Below are positions 1 through 13,987 of a DNA stretch of 64,000 nucleotides, one piece after another. Location: the NCBI RefSeq assembly GCF_006345805.1, contig NC_043000.1, positions 121,086,001 to 121,150,000 of the forward strand. Reading direction: 5' to 3'. Below the pieces are notes generated by a model. The model had not been told where the DNA came from. It did no database searches and worked only from the letters and a program-made list of their open reading frames with translations. Both the position numbers and the translations under genes were made by a program. This DNA comes from Octopus sinensis. Lineage: Eukaryota. The first letter of the stretch is position 1, and each line of letters begins with the position of its first letter.

Positions 1-659
1 TTATGTAATGATAGGATGGGATTTGCCCACTCTATAGGAACAAGTCATGGAACACTATAGAAAGGACAAAAAAGAAAATAGGGAAGGCCAACTCTTGGTA
101 TGATAGCCATAAATACCAGAGTGTCATGTTCGTTGACACCACCCCTGGAGGTGAACTAGCGTACCGCTTTAGAAGGACCCTAGATAAACTTAAACTAAGA
201 ATTAAGGTTGTTGAAAAGGCAGGCAACCCTATCAGATCTATAATTGGTAGAAGCTATCCTTTTAGTAGAACTCTCTGTACGGATAACTATTGCACTGTAT
301 GTAGATTTAGCCCACAAACGAACTGTAAAGCCAGAAATGTGGTCTATAGTATAAGATGTATAGAGGGACGATGCAGTAACAAGACAGTAGCATACGTAGG
401 GGAAACTGCAAGAAGCATTGGTGAGCGGGTGAATGAACATTGGAGACAACTCAAGGAAGGTAAAAGCTCATCGATTCTGTACCAACACGCCGAACAAGAA
501 CACGGGGGATCAATCAATAACATAGAGATTAAGATATTGTCCACACATAGAACAGATGCAACAATTAGACAAATTACAGAAGCTACACATATAATAGAAA
601 ATAAACCTAGCCTGAATAGAAAACTAGAATGGAGCAATAGCGCACACCACAACATATGA
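1..659 (+). mobile_element. Penelope-like element 3' ORF remnant: Cys-rich linker plus GIY-YIG endonuclease
   Basis: ORF 126-659 has VDTTPGGEL, C-x4-C-x2-C, NVVYSIRC...YVGETARSIGERVNEH...RQITEA...PSLN. The frame extends upstream (GICPLYRNKSW...KANSWY) to about position 15, where an apparent 1-nt frameshift lies (LCNDR/DG). Confidence 0.88.
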
Positions 660-1118
660 CAATAGTGGATCCTGCAAACATAATAAATACACAGGTATAT
701 TAAAGAAATAGAAATGAATATCTATATGTGTATGTATGTGTGTATATATGTACATATATGTATATGTATATGTATGTAATATAATATGTATATGGATATA
801 TTTTTTTTTTTTCGATTAGATTTATTATTATTAACTAATATTGTTGTTATACATACATACAAGCATATGTAATGATAATAATGGGTGGATGTAAACACAT
901 GAACAAAATAGAACAAAAGCAACAACAACAAAACAAAATACAAATTACAAGAATGTATATAACCAGAAGATACAAATATTACAGGCATCCCCCCCCCACA
1001 CACTAATAAACATAGACGCACATAGAGATATAAGCATGTGCAAATGAAGACATACAATAGAAATACAAAATGGCTGACGGTAGTAAGGAGAGACACAAGT
1101 AAGTGAGAAGAAAACAAA

Positions 1119-1164
1119 GGACCACTGATGCGGTCACAGGAGTGTTGACGAAAGAACTTTGGCC
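1119..1164 (+). ncRNA. Variant minimal hammerhead-like motif in the 3' region of the PLE
   Basis: GGACCA-CTGATG(CG)-GTCA..TGAC-GAAA-GAAC-TT-TGGCC: stems I, II and III can all form, but the core has CG where A9 is expected. It lies about 460 bp downstream of the GIY-YIG stop. Confidence 0.4.
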
Positions 1165-1351
1165 GAAATAAGATTAAGATTAATGTAAAAAATAAATATC
1201 ACTGAAGCAAAATAACACCAAATATATAGTGCGTGTGTTTTTATTGGCTAACTGGCAATTGACCATTCCGAAATATAACAATATCTGTTTCAACACACGA
1301 CTTCACATAAAAAATCTTGCACAACAAATATTTAAACGTATATATACATAT

Positions 1352-1560
<209 letters not shown>

Positions 1561-1629
1561 AAAAGTGCAGAGACAGGCAGATAGCCAGATATATAGATAG
1601 ATAGAGGTTATGACTGTATAATGAGCAAA

Positions 1630-1870
1630 ATGATAGAGAACATTACTAGACAACAAATTGCTGAGAAAGATGGACTAACAGAGGGGCAAACGCATAAATT
1701 TAAACTGGAAGCCGAAATAGATGCTCTTTACTTATGTAAACCATTATAATGTTCCATTCCGTCTGCAAGACTGGCACCTAGCCTAACCAAACATTTCCCA
1801 AACACGTCAGATGAGACTTTTTTGACAGAAGTAATTACAATCGCGAGATAGGCCTTCATCAACTATAACT
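1630..1870 (+). mobile_element. Possible decayed RT fragment (PLE-like)
   Basis: Translates to ...KLEAEIDALYLCKPL*...LTKHFPNTSDETFLTEVITIA, weakly like PLE RT motif A and the following helix. Confidence 0.25.
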
Positions 1871-2126
1871 AGATGTGTGTTCGTGTTTGTATATATCTAT
1901 ATCTATATGTAAGGTTTGTATATTACTTTGGATACAGAAATGATTTTAAGATTATACGCAGAGATTGTTTTTTGCCTCTATTCATAATACATACATATAT
2001 ACATGCATGTGTGCGTGTTTGAGTTTATATCTACATATATAAACTCATACATACGCACATACATACTAGTTCATATAGACAATGATACAAACGGAGGTAA
2101 ATACACGCATGTGCATAAATACATAC

Positions 2127-2158
<32 letters not shown>

Positions 2159-2278
2159 CTATATATATATATATATATATATATATGTAAATATATAGAC
2201 ATATACATATATCTATACATATATATATATTACATATATATATATGTAAATATATAGACATATACATATATATATATA

Positions 2279-2355
<77 letters not shown>

Positions 2356-2386
2356 CATACATTATATATATACATATACATATATT

Positions 2387-2447
<61 letters not shown>

Positions 2448-2593
2448 AACTTATACATATATACATATATATATATATTATATATATATATATATAAAAA
2501 CCATATATTTGTTACATATGCCTGTGCATCCGTGCAAAAGTGTGTTCTATCTTTCTGTTTTGATGGCTACAGATTTAAATGTAAGACACGTAA

Positions 2594-2989
2594 TCTCTCT
2601 ATATATAAAGGTGAAGTTGTCTGTGTGTGTGTGGCAGGTTTGGTAGCCTTCAACTAACACTATCTCCTCCGAAACCCTGCGGCGCAAGTTGACCAAAATT
2701 GAGAGTATGATAGAGGTAGGCATGATCTTCATTCCGTAGAAGAAAAAATTCAGATCGGACTATGTTAACACCAAAAAGTATTGACGTCAAAAAGGTGCTT
2801 TTTTTTCTATGGAAATCCCTATTTTTACGATTTTTTGACTGCTGTGTCGCTCTTTTTCGGTGTAGTTCAGCCGGGAAAATGTTCACATAAAGAGAATAAC
2901 AAGCTACATAATGCAGAATTTTTACTTTTTAAAAATTCCAATTCTAAAGAATCGAAACAAACCCGATCAACGCCGGACATTACTGGTAG
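2594..2989 (+). mobile_element. Non-autonomous Helitron, copy 1
   Basis: A^TCTCTCTATATATAAAG 5' end, subterminal CCCGATCAACGCCGG hairpin, 3' GTAG^T (CTAG variant). Homologous to 62884-63235. Confidence 0.8.
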
Positions 2990-3837
2990 TTTACCAACAA
3001 ACAGAGGAACGAGTGAACAAGTGAGAGAAAACTAGAAGCTGTAATAGGGAGAGAAGGAAAATGTAGAAGAACCATATTAAGGCAGAAAGAAAGTAACATT
3101 GAATGAATGAAAGACAAGAAGGAAGAAAGGAGAAGCCAAGTAGAAATGGAGAAAATATGATTAAGATACCAAATTAATTAAGCGACAAGTATAATAATAA
3201 AAAACAAGAAACAGAAAAAATTTAAGTCGACAAGAAAATGACAATGGAAGGGAAGAACTAGAAAAAAAAACACAAATGAGCGAAAGAAAAATAATGATAA
3301 GAAGGAAGAAGCGACGTTCGGCAGACAGAAAGAAAGAAGGGAGGAAATAGAGACAGGCCGAAAGAGGTAAGTGATAACGAAAGAGATTAACTGGGAGAAA
3401 GGCCAGACGGAAAAGAAAGAAGGAAAGAAGTTAGCGACATAATACGCTTCCTTCTCGGTGATGAAAAGTTTTGATTGAGCAGATTTGGAGAGATATTTAA
3501 ATGGAAAAGTGTCTTTTAGTTATTATAACGCCGCCTCAGTCAACCTTCCTTCCCACCTCTCTCTCTTCCTCTCTCTCTCTCTCTCTCTCTCTCTTTGTCT
3601 GCTTTTTTCCTTCACTTTCTCAGTGTCTACCTACAATTTGTTAGTTATCCAATTTATATTAGATATTTACTATCAGACTTTCATAAATTGCTACAACAAA
3701 ACATTCTTACTGACAGCTACTGCCCGTAGAAATGCATTTCAAAAAAAAGGAAAAAGGGAAAAGAAAAAAGAGGAAAAAAAGAAAACGAAAATTATAATGT
3801 ACATGCCATTTACGCACACACATATACATACACACAA

Positions 3838-3876
<39 letters not shown>

Positions 3877-4101
3877 CAACACACGCATAAAAACCTATAC
3901 TTGCTTTCAAATATTCATATATACGTAAGTGTACGTACTCATGAGTACGTGTGTATATATATATATATAAATATATGCATATATATATAATAATATATAT
4001 ATATATATACACACACACATATGTTATACTAATACATCTTTTGTTTGTACACCAGCTGCCTTCGTCTTTTGCTTATTTTCGGAAACTTTCCCGTTATATA
4101 T

Positions 4102-4148
<47 letters not shown>

Positions 4149-4246
4149 CACACATATATATACACATATATATGTATATTTATATATTTTTCATTCTTTA
4201 ACTTGTTCAGTCATTTGTCAAGCAATGTTTGGGTGACAAACACACA

Positions 4247-4290
<44 letters not shown>

Positions 4291-4424
4291 ACACACACAA
4301 TATATATATATACAACACACGCATAAAAACCTATACTTGCTTTCAAATATTCATATATACGTAAGTGTACGTACTCATGAGTACGTGTGTATATATATAT
4401 ATATAAATTATAATATTATATATA

Positions 4425-4455
<31 letters not shown>

Positions 4456-4530
4456 TATGTGTATACTAATACATCTGTTGTTTGTACACCAGCTGCCTTC
4501 GTCTTTTGCTTATTTTCGGAAACTTTCCCG

Positions 4531-4587
<57 letters not shown>

Positions 4588-4685
4588 ACACATATATATA
4601 CACACATATATATGTATATTTATATTATTTCATTCTTTAACTTGTTCAGTCATTTGTCAAGCAATGTTTGGGTGACAAACACACA

Positions 4686-4746
<61 letters not shown>
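3877..4746. repeat. Tandem duplication of a ~436-bp composite unit
   Basis: Non-microsatellite blocks recur at 3877-4312 and 4313-4746 (CAACACACGCATAAAAACC..., CTAATACATC...CTTCGTCTTTTGC..., TTCATTCTTTAACTTGTTCAGTC...). Each unit includes an internally deleted SINE-A piece on the minus strand. Confidence 0.92.
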
Positions 4747-4747
<1 letters not shown>

Positions 4748-4768
4748 ATATATATATATATATATATA

Positions 4769-4800
<32 letters not shown>

Positions 4801-4806
4801 CATATA

Positions 4807-5680
4807 CAAGGTGGGTGAAAAGTAAGTAGGCATTAACAAATTAGTAGTAAAATCCATATTTCTTTTACAAATTTATAGAAACAAACGATACACGTTCTTT
4901 ATTACATGGGGCAATGAGAATGAATCTTCAGATTTTAACGTAAGCACCGGTGGCGCCAAACCAGTTTCCACAAACGGCCAGAGATGGAGTGAACAACCTT
5001 CTGAAGGAAGTCGTATGCGATATCATTAAAAACCTCCTGAATCCGTGTCTCCAAATCCTCCCGTGTACGAGATTTTGTCTTGTACACCTCTTTTGTGCAG
5101 CCCCACAAGTAAAGATCACATGGAGTGAGATCTGCAATTCTTGAATTTCTGGACTTCTGCGCTCATATTCTCCAGATTTTAGCTCCTATACGTAATAAGA
5201 TTTCCACGGACGAAAGTTCGATTCTTTATGGAACACCGTACGTACTGTGTGTCTTGTTAGTCCACTTTCAAGAGCTGCTTGCAGTGTTGATTTTTGTGGT
5301 TTGCGATTAAGCATTTTCCGCACTGTTTCAACTAGGCGGTCGCTTCTTGTATCGTTCACGGAACCCGTAGTCATCAGTTTTGCGTGACAACTTTTTATTG
5401 TCTCCGGCCGTAGTCTCGCATGCATACCTTTCCATTCACGCCACCACCTCTGAATCAAAACAACTGAGTTTCACACTTGATAGCGTGCTGCTATCTTAGC
5501 TGGCACCTGAACAGTCGAGAAACCGGCTGTCTGGAAAATAACAAATAAGAAATATGTCAGTAAGAAAAGAAAATAATCCCATTAGTGTTGCGTTTAAAAA
5601 AAATGTTTTTGTCATGACTTCATTGATACTAAAAATTCTATAAGCAATTTTTAATGCCTAGTTATTTTCCACCCACCCGG
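4807..5680 (-). mobile_element. Internally deleted Tc1/mariner (maT/DD37D-like) DNA transposon
   Basis: TA TSD at 4805-6 and 5681-2. Imperfect 30-bp TIRs CAAGGTGGGTGAAAAGTAAGTAGGCATTAA / CCGGGTGGGTGGAAAATAACTAGGCATTAA. N-terminal HTH-like ORF 5186-5458 is joined to C-terminal DLTPCDLYLWGCTKEVY...; the catalytic core is absent. Confidence 0.88.
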
Positions 5681-5731
5681 TATATGACTATGTATATATG
5701 TGTGTGTGTTTTGTCTGTCTGTCTCCCGCTC

Positions 5732-5771
<40 letters not shown>

Positions 5772-5979
5772 TATTAGTATATGTATGTAAATATATATAT
5801 ATTCACACGATGTTTAAACACAAATGCACAAACACACACACGCATACGTATACACGCACACACTACTGTCACCCGCTGGTACCATTTTAACAAATATATT
5901 ACAAACTTATAAGTGGATATGCAATTATATATCTACATATGTGAGCATCTGTGTGTGCGAGCGCGCCTCTTTTTGTCTT

Positions 5980-6178
5980 TGTATCTGTTTTTGTCTCCCA
6001 CCATCATTTGACAACCGGTGTTGGTGTGTTCACGTCCCTGTAATGTAATTGTTCTTCGAAAATTAACAATAGAATAATTACCAGGTTAATAAAAACATTC
6101 CTCCGACTAGATATTCTTCAAGATGGTGCCCCAGCATGGCCGCAGTCTAGTGACGAAAACAAATAAATGATAAAAAAT
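5980..6178 (+). mobile_element. SINE family A, diverged 3' half
   Basis: TTGACAACCGG..GGTGTGTTCACGTCCC...CCAGCATGGCCGCAGTC matches the 3' half of 19227-19612. Confidence 0.7.
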
Positions 6179-6455
6179 CGAAGATAGATATATTCTTTTC
6201 AAAACTATGTTTCTTACTAGAGAGATTTTTCACATCGCATTTTACCTTCGTTAAATTCATCGAAATCTCGCATGCCTGACAATAATTTGTTCATTTTTGT
6301 GGCGCGAATAGTAAAAATCTGCTGGGAACACATAGCGTACGTGAGGGACGTTGACGAAGGCAAACACGCCTCAGGTAGTTGGTGTAAATACACATATACA
6401 AAGAAAATAAAGCTACACAGTTCTGAGACGACATTACAAGACATGTAAAAGTAAC

Positions 6456-6688
6456 AAAGGCGGCGAGCCGGTAGAAACGTTAGTACGCCGGGCGAAATGC
6501 GTAGCCGTATTTCGTCTGCAGCTACGTTCTGAGTTCAAATTCCGCCGACGTCGACTTTGCCTTTCATCCTTTCGGGGTCGATAAATTAAGTACCAGTTAC
6601 GCACTGGTGTCGATGCAATTGACTTAATTCTTTTGTCTGTCCTTGTTTGTCCCCTCAATGTTTAGCCCCTTGTGGGTAATAAAGAAAC
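6456..6688 (+). mobile_element. tRNA-derived SINE family B monomer (alpha tail)
   Basis: A-box-like head, B-box GAGTTCAAATTCC, 17-bp TSD AGACATGTAAAAGTAAC at 6439-6455 and 6689-6705. Confidence 0.92.
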
Positions 6689-6992
6689 AGACATGTAAAA
6701 GTAACGCAATGGAAAATGGCGTTCTATATGACTAGAAAGCAAAGTGGAGATATGAAAGGATAGAGTCAAGAAAAGAACGAAAGCTGGGAAAACAATGCGA
6801 GTCCAGGGTTTAAGGTAGAAGGGAAAGCGAGAGCCAGGAGCAGTGTGACTGAACCAGTAAGTTTATTTAGTAACCATATGGTTTTGAAAATGAGGGGACG
6901 ATACGAGGACAGACAAAACAAACATTGGGGTCGGTCAATTGAAAACATAGCAGTTGAAAGGAGAAATAGGATCGGGAAATTGCTACCGAGGA

Positions 6993-7033
<41 letters not shown>

Positions 7034-7745
7034 AGAAGTGGTGAAGAGCAGAGAAATCGGTAGAGGTAGAGATTGAAGCTTAATCAAGGAAGATGAACAA
7101 CTTTTGGTGACAACTGTTAGCGCATGTATTTCTAAGGGAATATTAGATACGGGATATTTATATTTATAATTTTCCTTATTTATATCGTTATACAATACCT
7201 TATTGATCTCATAATTAATTTGAATAACGCAATTCTTACGTATTAGATGATAAACAATAAATCCGTCTAGAAGATGTCTTCTGAATTAAATTATATTATC
7301 AAAAAATCATCAAGTTAGCGCATAAACAAGCCAGATGTGTCGTATTTTCTTCTATTAATATCTGACTTTTGCTGCTCGCGAGACGATTTTGACATTTATA
7401 AGCGATTTCTGGTGGGTAAGTACTTGACTAGTTGTTATTTAATCAATGCCTAAACAACGATAGGCAAATGGACAACGATTAGATTACAGCACCAAATATA
7501 TTAAGTGAAATAATACGTCGTACAAAAATAGTTTCTGGTAATAATGTACCAGCACTTCAACAATGAAGTGAATGTTAACAGCTGAACATTTTCTGTCTAG
7601 CTAGTTTTTCACTGTCAATGCTACGTTAAGAGGAATCATTGATATCCTAACTTTTTTTCAATCTACTAAAAACAATTACTAAACATCCCTCAAATCCCGT
7701 TGAACCGTTTAAGTGAAAAGAAAACATGTGGTAATGTTATCATGT

Positions 7746-8157
7746 AAGGCGGCGAGCTGGCAGAATCGTTAGCACGCCGGGCAAAATACTTAGCGATATT
7801 TCCTCTGCCGCTATGTTCTGTGTTCAAAACCCGCCGAGGTCGACTTTGTCTTTCATCCTTTCGAGGTCGATTAAATGAGTACCAGTTACGCACTGGGATC
7901 GATATGATCGTCTTAATCCGTTTGTATGTCCTTGTTTGTCCCCCCTGTGTTTACCCCCTTGTGGGTGGTAAAGAAATAGGTATTTCGTCTACCGTTACGT
8001 TCTGAGTTCAAATTCCGCCGAGGTTGACTTTGCCTTTCATCCTTTCGTGGTCGATTAAATAAGTACCATTTACACACTGGGGTCGATATAATCGTCTTAA
8101 TCCGTTTGTCTGTCCTTGTTTGTCCTTTCTGTGTTTAGCCCCTTTAGTGAAGAAATA
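7746..8157 (+). mobile_element. SINE family B dimer (alpha-alpha)
   Basis: 16-bp TSD GGTAATGTTATCATGT at 7730-7745 and 8158-8173 encloses two core+tail units. Confidence 0.92.
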
Positions 8158-8493
8158 GGTAATGTTATCATGTTTAAAATATACCAGAAAAAATTTGGTT
8201 GGTGGCAGTTAATTGAAGCGGGGATTAAACCGAAACACAAACTAGTCGGCGAGGTAATACATATTTGAGCTAAACAAACACACGTGCATATTACTGAAGC
8301 TTGTTAATAATCTAAAGACTACAACGTAAACTAGCCAAACTCATATATTTTGAAGTCTGAAAGTCACATCGTAAATTTTTGATCTGAAAAATGCCTACAT
8401 CAATGGTTTCTTTGCTTATTTAGAGTGAACTAAATGTGAAACACAATATATCTTGCTAACTCAGCACAATCACACCAAAGGAAATAGAGAACC

Positions 8494-8579
<86 letters not shown>

Positions 8580-9069
8580 CAGGACTTTATGTTATTGACA
8601 GAATGTAAAATCTTAGTAAAAAGGCGATTTTCTTTTACATGAAGAAAGAAATAAAATCAAAAAGCGTTATTCAATGCACGAACTTAACGCGTTTGTGGTA
8701 CACATTTGTAACTTAGCACTATGTTTTAGCTGAGAGTGGTTTTCTGCCGGATCGCAGATTTAATATCTGTGAGCTAAAATGCAAATCTAATGCAATGTTT
8801 TTTTAAGTGTGCCTTTTAATACGCATACATTGAACTAATAGAATGAGATACGCATTCTTATATACGCAACATAGGCACACATACATATATTCAATTATAT
8901 TCATATTTACTACATGTACATGTATATATGGTTATATATAATATATAATGGGTAATTATATATTATATATATGCATATAGATATATATATAAAACTATAT
9001 ATATATATACATATATATATACATGTATATACATGTATATACATATATATATGTATATACATATATACA

Positions 9070-9118
<49 letters not shown>

Positions 9119-9870
9119 CATATATGTATATACATATATATACATATATTTATATATATTATATATAATAATATATATATATATATATATACATACATAT
9201 ATATAATATATATATAATATATATATAGATATATATATTATATGCCTGTGTATATATACGGATATATGCATGTGTTTACAAAGAATACTCTACTCATAAA
9301 TACGTATAATGAATATAGTCGTAATATGTTTTTCTTACGCATTAATGGCTCTATGCTAGGATGTTAAAATCATTCATGAACGAATACACAAGGTAATGTA
9401 TGTATAGGCAGGTTCACTATACGTACGTATACGCATACATACATGTGTGTGTGTGTGTGTCTGCATGTACCTGTAAAAATATATGCGTATATGTATATGT
9501 TGGCCTTCATGTATGAACGTACAGGTTTATTATAATTATCTGTGTATGCATGCATCTCTGTGCGTTTGCGTATTTAAGTATCTTCATAATCAGCGCGATG
9601 TCTGATACGGTCGCTGTATATGTGTAGAAGTGTAATCACGGATTTTCTAAAGTACACGAAGCAAAATTGATTCCTGCGCAGTAGAAAGAATACAACAGAT
9701 GCGATGACTTTAAAGTATCGAAGTAATAATCCCAGAGATAATGTTGTTAATTCCATGCGAAATAGGAGTGAGAAAAAGAGAAAGAGGGAAATGTACGAAT
9801 ATACAAAGGAAGAAATAGATAGGGAAAGGTAGATATAGCGTAGATAGAAAGGAGAAAAGTGTACAGATAT

Positions 9871-9928
<58 letters not shown>

Positions 9929-10255
9929 GAGAGAGAGAGTGTGTGTGAGTGAGAGATGTTGGAAAAACAATTTTCTCGACGAATGACGTAAGAGAAAAGA
10001 TAAATATTTTATAATCCTGACGATACGTAATTCTCATCAATGGAGAAATGTGTTGTGTGTCGAACGTTGGTAACTATGACTATATGAATATATAAATTGT
10101 GTTTTGCTTACGTAGATATACACACATGCCCACACACGCGCGCACATATATGTATATTTAATAATATATAAAATACATATATTACATATTATAGATATAC
10201 TTATATATAAACATAATATAGAGTTATATTATGTATACATATATATGTATATTAG

Positions 10256-10294
<39 letters not shown>

Positions 10295-10485
10295 TATAGA
10301 TATATATATAGATATATATAATATATATATATATACATACATACATATATTATATATATGCATATATTGCATTCCGCTGCACATACGCATCATAAATGTA
10401 GCATATTCTCCTGTAACGAGACTTTTACCCGTACCAACACTATATACGTGTATATACACGCATAATCTTTGTGTATATGTACATG

Positions 10486-10528
<43 letters not shown>

Positions 10529-11371
10529 TGTGTGTGTGTGTATGCGTGTGTGTGTATATATGTCTGTAAATGTCTATATACATGCACACACACTTATATG
10601 TGAGTGTGTGAGTCTGTGTGGTCTGCTTGTTAGACTGTGTACTGTGCTCGTGTGTATACGATTAAAATTTGAAGAGACAATGATAGCCATTTAAATCACA
10701 CATATACCATTATAGTCAGCGATGTTAAATTTAGTGATAGTACTTTGGTATAAATATCGGTGATAAGTTAGTTGCTGTAGCACTACATTTTTGAAACCTT
10801 TTCAGCATATATGGCTACCAAAGGTGAACGTGTTGGCACATGTGTGTCTTCATTTCTGTTTTGCCTCTGTAACTTGAAAACTTTTAACACCATATTTCAT
10901 ATGATCTCATTTGTCAAACACAAACTACTGCAAACTCTATACATGTAGATATATAATAAAACATCTTGTCAAATATATCCATCATCCATCACATATATTC
11001 ATTAGTGTGTGCGTATATTTGTGTGTGATTATGTGTGTGTATATGTGTATGCTTACATCTCTCTCTCTCTCTCTCACTATATATATATACATACATACAT
11101 ATTTTTATTACTTTTTCTTATGTCTTGCTCGATTACGTTTTAGTTGTTTTGCTAAATTTTTCTTGAGAACATTTCTTGGTGGTGAGACCGTAGCGGATCT
11201 ATTTCTAGCATATGGGTGTCCCCATAGTGGTTTCCCTCTAATATATATATAATACAGTTTTACTAAACCTTCAGTTTTTTTATGCTAGACACTGCTGTGA
11301 AATCGATGTTAATTAAATTAATATCTAATTTCTCACCCTTATTTTAAATACATATATAATATATATATATA

Positions 11372-11403
<32 letters not shown>

Positions 11404-11471
11404 ATATATATATTATATACACATATATATATATGTATTATATATGTATATATCTGTTTATGGAAAACTAG

Positions 11472-11708
11472 CAGTCGCCCATGCATACTGGCCTCACCAC
11501 TCTACGTCACGAGTGTTATCCAAGGGAAATGCAAAAGGACCGATACAGCCTGGCACCTGTGACGTCGCAACACATTTCCATAGCTGAGGGAACTGGAGTA
11601 ACGTAAAATAAAGTGTCTTACTGAAGAACACAACACGCAGCCCGGTGATTCGAGCTCACAACATCACGATCGTAAGCTAGACGCTTAAACCACTCGCCCA
11701 TGCGCCTT
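11472..11708 (-). mobile_element. tRNA-derived SINE (distinct family)
   Basis: Minus strand reads GGCGCATGGGCGAGTGGTTTAAGCG...GAGCTCGAATCACC (A/B boxes), then TGTGTTCTTCAGTAAGACACTTT body. Confidence 0.7.
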
Positions 11709-11743
11709 CACACTCACACACACACACACATACATAGAGAGTG

Positions 11744-11813
<70 letters not shown>

Positions 11814-12069
11814 GGGGAGAGAGATACAGAGAGAGATTCAACAAATGAGATCTGGAGGATCTCCACATAGTAAACCGAAACTTTTAGCAAGGAACAAATT
11901 CGCGGGGTAACTAGTGGCTATATGATTAATCTAGGCAATCAGAAATGGAGACACATCAGTTTTTGCGCTCTCGCTCTTTACATGTATAAATTTATATAGA
12001 TTTTGTATATCAAACCCAAGCAGTTTATTTGTTTGTTTGTCATTGCATCGCTCTTTTTCTAGCGCGCGT

Positions 12070-12157
<88 letters not shown>

Positions 12158-12379
12158 GACATATGTGTGTGTGTATGCAAATGTGTGCGTGTGTTTGTGT
12201 GTTTGTATATGTATACATATATACTGAGTTGTAAAGTTGATTTTTTAAAAATCATTCTTTAAAAAAAATGATATCTTCAATGACGATATTACTGATCATT
12301 TTGGAGACGTTTTTTCTGGTGTGTTTTATATTCCGACTTTTGCGTTTAGTCATTAAATATTCATTGTTGTACATTGTGT

Positions 12380-13910
12380 GGAGTGGGGGCTATTTTCGGT
12401 TTGGTTTCGTATTTAAAATTCTTATAAGTTATTCATTTGTCTTTCGTAGTAATACATTTTCATCGTTTATTTTGTAAAAGGGAATATTTAAAATTTTCCA
12501 TTCGCACGGTTATCTAGATATTCACTACATGAGACATTCCTAAGAGATGAATCCCTAATTTGTTGTTCAGGAACACTTACACGGCTGGTCACATTCTTTC
12601 CTGTCTCCCCAATGTAGCTACTTTTCATTGCATTGTGAGCATGAGATGCAGTAGATAAGTCTTTTTTTGGTTTTCAATTTATGCTTGGATTCACTTTTAA
12701 TTCCCTCCCATTTTTGTGTCTTTTGATTGTCCCTTGCTCCATTAATTAACGTGTCCCACAACGAGGGTCTCCACACTTGGTTATTTACATCGTTTCTTTT
12801 TCAAGTGTGAATCTCACCTTTGTTACGAATCTTGTAAGATTAAGTGGTTGTCATTGGCTGTTGATAATTTGTGATTTTTAAACTTTTAGTAGATTTGTTG
12901 ATTATCGGTTCCTGAGTTCAGAATCTTATGCTTTATAGGATTGTGGGCTACCACAAAGGAAATATTAAAATTTTTATTTCCACACCTAGCCTGAGTGTTT
13001 CTCCGCAATGTAGGGATCGGGTTTTCATTTGCTTGTGTTATAGCATGTTGAAGTAACGTGTTAGGATATTTTTGGTTCTGAAGAAATATATTAAGTTCTG
13101 CCAGCCATTTCTTCCGTTTAACAGTATCTGCGACTATTGAGCATATGCGGTTTGCCATATTAAATGGTACGTTCCCTTTTGAATAGGAATGGCTGCTAGA
13201 TCTAAAATCTAAATCGTGGTGTGTGTCTGAGTTTTTATAGTAGAGGTCAGTTGTAAGTGTCTCATTTTATTATTATCAGGATGTCCAAGAAGGGGCGTTC
13301 ATTTTTATTCCTTTCCATAGTGAATTATATTGAGACTTGTATGCTATATACTAATTTAAGAAATTTTGAAAGGTCCTCCTTATTTCGGTCCCAAAATATA
13401 AAGCAGTCGCGTAAGAATCTTTTCCTATAAGGTAGGTTTGAAAGTGGTGGTCAAAAGTAGTTCTGGAGAGGGTATAGATTTGTTCTGCTTATCCCATAAC
13501 TAGCGTGGCAAATGTTGGTACGACTTTCTTCCCCATCGCAGTGCCTTGTATTTGTAGATAATATTGATTATCAAAGAAAAAGGAGTTGTTTTCCAGCACT
13601 ATCTGTAAACCATCAAGTATAAATTCTTTGGAGAATCTCTAATGAATTCTCTGTAGGCGTTGGTTTATCCAGAATCCTACTGCTTCTAGTCCATATATAT
13701 GGGGAATATTTGTGTAGAGATTAATTACATCAAAGGCTAACTATTACTATCTCTTTATCTGCCTGTTCTGCGATATGACTTAAGAGGTCCATGTCCTCTC
13801 TGATGAAACTGGGAGCCAATATACATAATTTTAAAATTATGTCCAGAAGTTGCTTAATTTTTGGGTGCTGGATGCAGGTCCTGCAACAATCGGGTGCAAT
13901 TTGAGATAAC
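12380..13910 (-). mobile_element. Decayed, 5'-truncated Penelope-like element (RT, thumb, GIY-YIG)
   Basis: Minus-strand fragments FDVINLYTNIP, YLQIQGTAMGKKVVPTFATL, PFLDILII, ANRICSIV (thumb), CGDPRCG, IYCISCSQC..YIGETG, with many stops and frameshifts. The 5' end abuts a (CA)n/(TA)n tract. Confidence 0.88.
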
Positions 13911-13946
13911 ACACATACCCGCACACACACACCACACACACACACG

Positions 13947-13987
<41 letters not shown>

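Noticed and set aside
8723-8790. Nested hairpin TTTTAGCT/AGCTAAAA enclosing CAGAT/ATCTG
   Set aside because: Short AT-rich stems expected by chance; no family motif.
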